A stretch of 64,000 nucleotides of DNA from Tubiluchus corallicola (lineage: Eukaryota; Animalia; Priapulida): positions 253,126-317,125 of the forward strand of contig JAQGDQ010000069.1 of NCBI GenBank assembly GCA_030141605.1, written 5' to 3'. Shown in pieces: positions 53,846 to 64,000 of this stretch (within the stretch, counting starts at the first letter, position 1; every line of letters starts with the position of its first letter). The notes beneath the pieces are model-generated. The model had not been told where the DNA came from. It made no database searches and was given only the letters and a program-made list of their open reading frames with translations. Both the position numbers and the translations under genes were made by a program.

Positions 53846-56030
53846 ATGGATACTTACACAGAAGGCAACCAAGCTCACCAGAATGAAAGTTGGTTTTCAG
53901 AAGAAACAGAACCCATGTCAAGATTGTCAGTAGACAAAAGTCACAAAACTCAAGTGAAAGTTGAAAATGATAACTCTGCTTTCCAAACCCAGCCACTGCT
54001 TCTAAATATTAAAACTGAACCAGAGGGTGTTGATGCAGTGAGGCAGTGGGAAAGAACAAAAAATGACTTATCCTGCAATTTTTATGAAAACGTTAAAATG
54101 GATAAAAAGCAGAAGAAACATTACAAATGTGCTGAATGCACAGCAGCCTTCACTAGAGCTGCCAAACTGAAGCAACATGAAAGATTTAAACATGGTAGTG
54201 AGAGCATAGAAGCTGCTGAGCTGGAATATTCAAAAGAAATAGAGCAGCAAGAACTTAGGAACAGTGGTAATGATGGTAATGATAATATTCCTGCTCACGA
54301 TTACAGTGGTGACAGTGATAACTGTAACATTGATAATATGGATAAGAAGCCTTACATTTGTGACCAATGTGGTGCAGCTTTCGCTCAGAAACGAGTCTTG
54401 ACATTGCATGCTAAAAAACATGCAGGTAAAAATTTTACAGTTTCATTTACCTTCACCTTTTACTGGTAGCCTTTCACAGCATGCTTTAGGATTTACATTT
54501 TGTAATAGTTTACTCTAGCAGATAGATTCAATGGTAGGCAGTTGTTATATTAGAGGTTAAAAGATCAAAACTTAGCTTTTCATCAAGTTTGCACGTGATT
54601 ATCTATTTTTTATTAAAATAGATGATTTATAAACATTTTGTTGTTTATTGCTACTGAAGTCTATTAATCAATTTTGATTTTTTTCAGGTGATTATGATAT
54701 CTTTTCAACATTTTTTCTCACTGTTGCAATCAGTACAGTTCACTGTCAGTTATTTTGTTAATGTCTGAGCAAAGATTTGACAATTTTACATTTATTTAAC
54801 ATGTCGTTTTGGAAGAAGCCTCTTCGATAATCACATGAAATCTGCAATGAAATGAATCCAAAATACAGTAAAAGGTTTCTGATTGTCCTGTTGTTAATGC
54901 CAGTTTTTATTTAGGAGAATTAGGAGATTTAGGAGAATATTCATTTTTTTAACTAAATGTTGTATAACTATCATATGAATTTTTTAATCATTGACTCGGG
55001 CTGCATCGGCTTTTGTACAAAATTTACAAGAAAATGTGTTTTTGCAGGAGAAGCACAGAAGAAAAGACTCTGTCATTATTGTGGTCAGTTTGTATCTTGT
55101 TTAAGCAGACATTTATCAATCCACAAAGATAAGAAGCCTTACAAGTGTGCTTTTTGTGCTGCTGCTTTCAATGTAAAAGTAAAACTGTGTTATCACATGT
55201 TGAAGCACAAAGAAGCAAAATCTTACTTGTGCAACTGCTGTGGTGATACTTTTAACACGTCTAAAGAGTTTCGGCAGCATTTGAAATATACTCATCCACA
55301 TAAAAAACCTCACAAGTGTACATACTATAATTGTGAATCGGCTTTCCGCACCCGACATGGTCTGAAATGTCACTTTTTAGTGCATACTGGTGAAAAACCT
55401 CATTCGTGTAGCTACTGTGTAGCTAGCTTTAAAACTGCAGCTGGTTTAAATTATCACAAGATTTATACATGTGTCAATGCACCAGTAAAATCGCAAGATT
55501 TTCTTTTATGCAAATGTTGTGGTAAATCATTTAAGACATCAAATGGTTTAAAATATCATGAGATGAACGCATGTGAACTCATGGAGCCAAGATCCCGAGA
55601 CCAAAGGAATATGTGCAGTTACTGTGATAAAGCATTTTCTACATCACAGCAATTAAATATCCATTTAAGACGTCACACAGGAGAAAAGCCATACAAGTGT
55701 GACCAATGTAATGCTGCTTTTGTTATTAAAGCTATGCTCAACAGACACATGGTGGAACATACAGGAGAGAAAATAAAAAGGCCATATAAATGTGACCAGT
55801 GTGAAAGTGCTTTTCGGCATCCTTGTTATCTGAGAGACCATCTAGTAATTCACACTGCTGAAAAGCCACACAAATGTAACCAGTGTCAAGCTGCTTTTAA
55901 ACGAGAGTGCCACTTAACGCGGCATCTTGTAATACACACTGGAGAAAGAGCTTTTAAGTGTGAGCAATGTAACGTTGATTTTATTTATAAACACCATTTG
56001 AGCGAACACATAAAAAAGACTCATACATAA
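53846..56030 (+). CDS. C2H2 zinc-finger protein (13 fingers), 2 coding exons, 520 aa
   Basis: Exons 53846-54425 and 55048-56030 (phase 1, 1563 nt). Two fingers in exon 1 and eleven in exon 2 with HTGEKP linkers. Two fingers end in Cys (HKIYTC, HEMNAC). N-terminal VKVE/IKTE motifs. Confidence 0.92.
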
Positions 56031-56881
56031 ATTTACAAGCTCTTCATCTGATGCAAGAAATAGAAGTTAAGGTATTTATAAAAAAAAACTTTCATCTGTA
56101 AGTTAAAGTATGAATTAAACTTTTGCATAGTTAAATCAATGATGGTATTAAATTTAGTATCATGTATTTGGCAAATTGAAATGTATGAAATTTAAACAGT
56201 GTCCAAAACTTTATTATGATGCTCTGCAGTATTTTAGAAAACTATGATAAGTCTGAGGTTATTAAACAAAGGACAATCAATTTGTCAGTTTGAAGTGGAG
56301 ACACAAATGTGATTTGCTGTGCGAAAATGTCAGAAATTTGCTGCATTATGATATAATAAATATATCAGTCATCATAATTTTGATATCTTTTAACAAATCA
56401 CATGACTGTGCAATCTCTCCTTGATTTCCTGAACTCTCCAGGAAACAGCAAATGTGGGAAATGTTCTGGCCATTTGGCGTACTGCAAGCCACTCAAAGGC
56501 ATAATTTACAGGGTTTTGATTGTGGCAGGACAGGAACTTAATATATCCAGGTGTCTTCTAACATGAGATACTGAACTAACAGCAACTTCATACATCCAGG
56601 ATAAGTCCTCTAAGATGAGATGCTGAATCAACAAACTCAATAGACAGAGACGCCATAGCAGATGAAGCTATCCGGGAGCAATTTTCCTGGCATCACCTGT
56701 CTATCTATTCATCTAGTAACCGGGCACAGCTTGTTTCACCTTGACTGCTTATATTTGATTTCTGTCATAGACAGAAACTTGGAACTAGCGTGTCTGGGGT
56801 TCATGGTATCTAGTGTCCAAGGTGCTCCTTTGTTCCGCATCATCGCATGCACGTTTTGCAACTCAATGTATACGTGTTATG

Positions 56882-57305
56882 CATCGGCGGATTATGATTT
56901 TATGGGCCTTAGGCTTGAGCTTGGAACGGGCCTTTTAAATGTTGCTACACTGGTGAGCTGACGTGTTTTTGTGGAGCTCTCGTCGTTTGTAAGTTTGTTT
57001 AATTTTGTGAGTTTTTGCCCACCGATTGTGATAAAAATGATATCTTCTTGATCCTTGAGTTGTGGACTAGGACTAAACCCGATTTGAAATATAGTGACTG
57101 ACTTTTGAAAAAAAAACTTTTTTCTATATTTTATTTTGGCGGGCCATAATAAAATCGGCTCTTATGTCAGTGCTCTTATGTCAAGGCCCCTTGCTCTTTT
57201 GTCAATTTATTTTTTTTTACAAAAAAAATTTTTTTTCGTTTTATTTTGCCGGGGCCCTTTTGATCCCGGGCCTTAGGCTTCAGCCTATAGGGCTATCCGC
57301 TACAG
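56882..57305. mobile_element. hAT-like MITE with 8-bp TSD
   Basis: Perfect flanking repeat GTGTTATG (56874-56881 and 57306-57313). Degenerate TIR CATCGGCGGAT / ATCCGCTACAG. Subterminal GGGCCTTAGGCTT at both ends. Confidence 0.78.
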
Positions 57306-57599
57306 GTGTTATGTGATGTAGATTATGTGACATTAAATATATTTATAGAAACTCAATTGCTCTATATAAGATTTATGCCACTTAAATTCTTTATTCACTT
57401 CAAAGTGAAGTTTTAATTTATTTATTTTACTGAAAAATGTAACCTGTATAGAGCAAACAATAGTTATGCGTTCACCAAAATTCGTTATTAACAAGTTCAT
57501 TTCATGATTTGTAGAGGTTTTTACAAAGTTTTCTTTGTAGATTTTTGGAAAACAAAATCCTTTATGATATCCGCGAAAACAGTCATCGCACCTAGTCCT

Positions 57600-60500
57600 G
57601 TATATCCCTTTACCTCACATTTTCAACTGTAAAAGACTTTTAGGGTCTTTAGCATACTTCATTAAAATTTTATCTGTTTTCAATTTATTTTTTTTACCAA
57701 CTTGGTCTCTCCTGAGCCTTGGTGTGCTAAGCACGTGCTTATGTGTTAATCCGGGGTTCCTCAAAAGAGTCCAGCTTTTGCGTGTAAGTAATTGTTGGAC
57801 ATTCTGTAAAGACAACGTGTGAGAGCTGTTACATCAGAGAATCATGTAGAAATTTAAATAACATGTCTACGTTCTCAGGGATATGCCATCCATTTTAATT
57901 TTTCTGATTTTGGCCAGTCCAGCACCGGTTGCCGGAAAATAAAGGGTAAATTGATGATGGTCAGAAATTGCCAAGTGATCCGTGGTAATTCATGCTTACT
58001 AATGCCAACAAAACAACACCGTTATCTGATAATAAGTTTCTGAAGTAGCTTAATGTTTTTCGACAAAAACCGTATTATAGGAATGGCAGTTCGAAAATGA
58101 GGCTTCAGTCCTTTGTGTCCGGTTTTCACTTGATGATTTCGTAACCTTGAACCACACAAATTTGATGACACCACTCAATAGTGATTTAGCATTTAGCCGC
58201 CCCTAGTTTTTGATTGCATAGACCAAACTTTGATCCTTGGAGGGTAATGAACTAAAGTACTGAAAATTAAACACACGCATAGCAAATGAAAAGATATGAA
58301 AATGACGTGGCTAGTTGTAGGCATAATTGTTTCAAAGACGACGATTACTCATGCGACATAGAGCCACATCTGTGTTTCATAAATCATAATGCAAACCCGT
58401 GCAGTTATATCAATATAATATTCCTACGTTAATGGTATGGGCATCTGTACGTGTGTTGTACTGCTTTAGTAATGCCAGGTTAGTGTTGTACCGTCCAAGA
58501 TACGCGTCCACGGTTACGCCATTAGCATGGAAACAACTTGAACTCAACTGACCTTTCTGCTAGATTAATTACCGCGGGATGACATTAAGGCGTTAAACTG
58601 TACTTGTAAAAAAACCGTCCTTACGTTGACCCGTGTTATCTTGAACTTGGACTGAGCGACCAATAATGAAAATATCAATGTTCAAGCCATTCTAATCTCT
58701 ATAAGCATAGTCAAATGACTGCTACATAATGTAAAATAAAAACTGACTTAACTCAATTGCATTTAAGATTTTGCAAGCTGTTAATCTAGCTAATTTGTAT
58801 AAAGCAAATTCTTGTGCATTAAAAGGGATGACTTCTTCAGATAAAAAAATCTACTGTTGGTAGAATAGGTATTTCTATTTCTTCTTAAAGTTAGTTCGAT
58901 TGACAACTGCAATGCCAGCTCGCAGACCTACTTCACTAACAATTGTCCGATCGGAGGACGTAATTTCCAAAGTGTTTAGGCGAAATTTGGTACAAATTTT
59001 GAAGCCAGTGAAAATTAATAACACCACGTCTGTACTTCAAACGAAGAAAGGTATAGAGGACAGGCATCTCATGAAGAAGACGCAAAAGCTGACTTCACTC
59101 AAAATTTACATCAGGACCAGGTATCTAATTTATATATACATAGCTAATTAGTAGTTATATATATCTACAAAATTATTTTACCGGTGTCTGTTTTTCCGTC
59201 CGTATGTGTCACTTCTATCCGCGATCGCTAGCGTCGCTGATCTATAGGAGAACGCATACGCTGAGTTTTGTCTTTATGTTAGGTATCCAGTTTTCACTTT
59301 TCAATTTCATTCGCAAACACAGGGGGCTAGAGTAACGAAACTTACAGGGTAGATACCTGGGGTAGGGACCTTGAAAGTGCCTGGTGAACGGTTAAAGGCC
59401 AAAAAACACGTACTAGACATCGTTGAATTTTTCGATTGTCATTCAACTTGTCCTAGGGCTTCGAGCTAAATTTTCAGAAGTAATTAGTATTGTGAGGTAG
59501 ATGTGTACTTGGAATTATTTTTTTTTAGAAAAAGCTGGGGTATTTTAGGGCTCGAGATAGGAGTCAAAATCCATAACATTGAATACTCTGAAATTATAGT
59601 AACTAGGGTCAGGAAACTTGCAAGGTATGATACCCGAGTTATATTGTTTTACTTGCGTGGGCGTACCGGTGCATGTGTAGAATTGAGTTAAATATTTTTT
59701 TCAAAAGTTGGCATGGCCAGATCGAGTGACACAATTAACTAAAAGCCCGCGCAACCGTAATAATGTATAGGGTATATTGACATGAGTTAACCACACTCGA
59801 TTAGATATAGTCGAGTGTAAAGTTTGGACTGTAAACACATTCATCCCGCATCTGGATCTGCATTCACTCCGATGTTTCTAGTTTGTAATTACACACATTA
59901 TAGTATCGCTGATGGAATGATGCACGTCCCATAAATGCGTTCATAACATCTGTGGTCAGTGTACATATCATTTCAGAAGATTATCATTGATAATGAAGTT
60001 CTCACCTTTGCACAATTCGTCTCCGTTGGGCAAACCTTCCTATGAGTGAGTGCTGTTTGTTAGGACATTTTTTGAGTATCTTTTCAAGTTAATGAGGGGT
60101 CATAAAAATTAAAAGTGTCGAAAGACTGATAGTTGCGTCGATCATTTTCGTGACTGGTCCCGGACTTGCACCTCACTCGCATGATCAGTATAATGACATG
60201 CCGACAGTATTAGTTCATTCATATCTTTTTACACCGGTTTTACTCTAACTACTGACATCATTTCTAAATATAGTTCGTGAGTAACTGGCGCTTCCTTCGT
60301 TTCGGCCAATAAAAACTAAGGTGCAGCGACGTCACTAAACAGCTGTTGACTGCTTGACATCCGGGCATTTGCCATTTTAGTTAAGGTGGAAAGGTCTTGA
60401 ATGGTTTCAACGAGTTTTTGCAAACTTTTGCTACTTTCACATTCCAAATGCAAGGTAGCCCGGAATCTGGGGTCGATGTCCGATTCGACCAAACTATAGA

Positions 60501-60620
60501 GGATCTAGGACACGATTATTTGGAAAAAAATTGCTATCAAATTCGAAGCAGAGCTGTGGAAAGGTGAGACTCGTTTACAACATCGGAGCCTGGGGTATTA
60601 AAGATAACCATTGAATGTAT
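57600..60620 (-). mobile_element. Highly decayed LTR-retrotransposon (Gypsy-like) pol relic
   Basis: Minus-strand fragments appear in Gypsy order. PTETNCAK...MYTDHR (~60030-59950) resembles RNase H ERNY..TDH. LLSDNG...SSIYP...CNSSHT...QLLTRK (~58040-57770) resembles the integrase core. Many stops. Confidence 0.35.
59164..59881 (+). mobile_element. Non-autonomous Helitron-like element
   Basis: A|TC at the 5' end followed by a GTCT/GTCC microsatellite-like tract (TGTCTGTTTTTCCGTCCGTATGT), and CTAG|T at the 3' end. No TSD. Confidence 0.55.
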
Positions 60621-62576
60621 CTGTCCGTGATATATACCTCTAACATGTAATTTATTTCGAACATAGAAAAATACGGTTATGACACCAATAATTGCAATTA
60701 AAAATTGTAATCAATTTAATCAGGAGAATTCATAATTGTGTACGACCCTGAGTGCAGCTTACTGACATTAATTTTATATAATTGATTGTAGTTAATTATG
60801 CTACACTTATGTCAGTTAATCAGTTGACATCATTCGTAAGGCAATTCTGTCTGCGTAAATCTACACATTGCTTAGAATATCAACATCATATGTATTTATT
60901 ATGCCTTTATTTCTATGATATTTATGTTCAAATTTAAAATTAATCTCAATAGTTTTACACACCTTATTCTGAAATCTACATCAAGATAATTGCGCATATT
61001 ACTAATAGCAACATTACTTACAGGGTGGTTGACTTTGGTAACTTTTAGTTTTTCGCCACCCTTTCACCAATCACTTGAACATCATTAACTCAGATAATCT
61101 ATTCATTTAATAATCTTGTCACTGTATCATATTATCGTTTCATGCTCTGCATTTTTCTTGTAAAAAAGGTGATAAATAAACATACTTACTTACTTACTTA
61201 CTAGTTGATAAACAAAAGAAATTGCATTATTTCTGCATTCTTTTGCATCAGACAAATTTGCAGTTATGACTGCTGCCATTCGTGGCTATAGATAAGAACT
61301 TAAAATATGATTCTCAGGTTAGCAGCACAAGTTTGCTCAGTTGGTGAGGCCTGTTAGGGCAAAAACTCCTAAAAAAATAAATGACCTATTTTAAGACTAG
61401 AAAAGACATTCAGTGTTTTATTCAACTGTAGATAAGTTGGCGAGATGAACATTATTATGTAGATGTTGATGTAGGTATTACTCAAAAGCAAACATTCACT
61501 CATGACCTACATCAGTGGTTAATTCACGTGCCTATGTTGCATTGTTGGAAAAGCACTGCACTTGCTTATGTTTTTCTTGAAAATAAATGCCACTGACCAT
61601 GCTAGACAGTTATTGATTTGATAGAAGTTGTTGTATCTTTCTGATGTTATGCACTATAGTAATGACTAACCAAACAGTTACTGGTGAACAGTTATTCTAA
61701 ATAAAGTAAATGTGTGCTTGCATACTAAAATCGTGTATAAGTCGGCATAGTTAAAACTACGTTATTGTGCTTAAAAGTAGAATGACCCAAAAATTTGGTC
61801 AAATGTCAATTTTTCGTATTTTATAAAAACCAACGCTAAATATATTGGACTTTTATATTCTAGCATCAAATTATCAAGGTGTTCAAAAACACTACAACTT
61901 AATTTATGTTACTCCTTACCCACTGTTCTGTCTAGAAACTAGTAATGCAATTGTAAAAAACTCCTGTTTTCAAACTCCGATAACAGCTCCTGGAAGCATT
62001 CATTTTGCTTCATGTTTTTTCTGTTGCCAAGCCCAGATCTTTGTCAGAAAGAGCCAACTTTGAACATAACATCAATGTGCTCTTGCAACGTCCGTAGCCA
62101 CCAACATTTGTACGGTTGTTGTGTTTTGTAAAAATGCGACAAAAAAACAATGGCTACCGTCCTCAAGATTATGTTTTCCAGTGCATAGCATGCGCCTTAA
62201 CTTCAATGTGGAATCTCAAGCCTAGAAATGATGTAAAGCAATGAATTTGGTAAGAAAATGATCCTCAAGAAATGAAGATTTAGGATATGTATGTAGCTAG
62301 AAAAACTTAATTGCCAACTTGTGGACGATTTTGCTATGCAAGCACACAAATGATAGTATTCCAAAGTGGGATTATACCTGTTGCAGTTTGAAAAACGATG
62401 CAATGTTTGATTATGCTATTGCAACGATTAGCTGGGAGCAATCATAATTACTCAGCATATTAGCATTCCAACTTTATATCTTCTGATACCTAAATTAATG
62501 CATAAATCAGACTGATATGCTTGTCTGCAATACCTAGGACATACTTCATTGCAATGAGGGAGTTTAAGCTCTAATT

Positions 62577-62668
62577 GCATGTTCAGACATAGAGACTTCT
62601 CTCGCAACTTGTTGCGCAACTTTTCTGAGAGAGACGTTGCGAGAGAAGTCTTTGCATCTGAATGCGCC
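62577..62668. mobile_element. Tiny palindromic MITE (PIF/Harbinger-like)
   Basis: Perfect 15-bp IR GACTTCTCTCGCAAC (62594-62608) / GTTGCGAGAGAAGTC (62636-62650), extended outward by TTCAGAC...TCTGAA. Confidence 0.6.
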
Positions 62669-64000
62669 ATGAGTAGTATTAAATTTTTTTATTGCACTTG
62701 AAGAAGGAATGGAGGATGGGGTATTCATTGTTTTTTATATAATTCTTCATTTCACCACACTGCAAGGTAAAATCCAGCTTTCAGTGGAGTGGCACACTTA
62801 TGTGGCTTGTAGCAGAACTGGAATCTGGCTTATTAACAGTCCTCTAAGATGAGACACTGAACTAACTGAGGTGAATGCATCTTTCCTTAATGAGGTAAAT
62901 AAGAGGCCAGGGTATATCTAATACGTATTTAACATGTAAATTTAGTGATTTTTCATGTGTGAAGTTTAAGTTGCGTGAAATGTTTATGCTTTATACTGTG
63001 CGTGACTTCTTAATTATTGTTTAACGATGAGATTAAACAATATATAGCATATTATAGTTAATTCTTCTTGTGTCTGTCTAACTCTGACTATATATCATTG
63101 CTTATATCATTTTTGGACCGATTATTTTTGGGCTACTTGCTTGTGATGTAACTCTATAAACACATATTTTTGTTGAGAAGCCATTCATGTTCGTGTTCAT
63201 GTTGTTGTTCGTGTAATAATAAGTTTTTAAATTGGTTTTAAATGAGTAACATACTAGGACAACTCAATTGAGTTATTCTGTATTCTAAGCTTTTTACAAT
63301 AAAACAGATTCAGTAGTAGCTATAAACTGCATTCTAAATATTCACAAAGACAGATTTCATGGCAACAATAAAATTATATTTAGTATGTCACATGTCCAGG
63401 CAGAAAAAGCTAAATAAGTGAATAACCCAATCTTTTACATTCCGGTATAGTTACCTTGAAAATATTGAAAAAACATTGTATAGTGAATATGTAGTGTTAG
63501 TATTAAGTACTTATCACACATATGGTTAGGGCCTCATAAAATGCTCCTAAAAGTTTTAAAATTCTGTTAGCTAATTAACAGCACTAGCAGTACCATAAAT
63601 TTGTATGTTTTCCTTTCTCCTATTCATCCTTCTTTCGCTTCTCTTCTCCAGGGAGTAACAGCTTCAATTTGTTCAACACAGTATGGTTACATTTTAAAGA
63701 GCTCAGTGCTTTGACTGTTACTTCCCTGCACTTTGGAATTTAGTTGGAATTGATTTGTGAGAATTTATTACTAGGTTAAATATAGTAGCAGTGAAATGCA
63801 AACCTGAAGGTAAGAAAAGTGTTTGCATTTCTGCCCACCAGGTGGTGCAGTGCTGTTAGACTCCTCTCTACTGTTGCTGTTGTGCCCTGTAGTTAGGACG
63901 ATATTTACTCCCACTAATGTCCACCTACATAGCTGCAAAACGTATAAATGTAATAATAATGTATGTGTAGTGGAATGTTTTATATGTATAATATAAATCT

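Overview
AT-rich, intron-bearing eukaryotic DNA from what looks like an invertebrate animal; nothing prokaryotic and no CRISPR arrays. Six protein-coding genes can be built by hand with phase-consistent GT-AG junctions. They are an uninterrupted PRAME/LRRC14-like LRR gene (1183-2631 +), an intact single-exon IRE1 (3869-6637 +), a 7-exon NAPE-PLD (14294-21547 +), a 10-exon optineurin/NEMO-family gene (33712-25611 -), a 5-exon gene carrying an isolated NRF1/EWG-type DNA-binding module plus zinc fingers (40971-45166 +), and a 13-finger C2H2 gene (53846-56030 +). A possible F-box-like exon lies at the left edge. Introns and spacers are dense in transposon debris: an L2-group LINE, CR1/L2/RTE-like fragments, hAT-like MITEs with 8-bp TSDs, a TTAGGG-carrying MITE, a foldback element, a Helitron-like insert and a probable Gypsy relic. 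The most notable observations are the intronless IRE1 with an overlapping upstream ORF, the NRF1-domain/zinc-finger chimera, and a 43-bp duplication that gives NAPE-PLD a frameshifting alternative splice acceptor. All family calls come from motif recognition by eye, not database searches.
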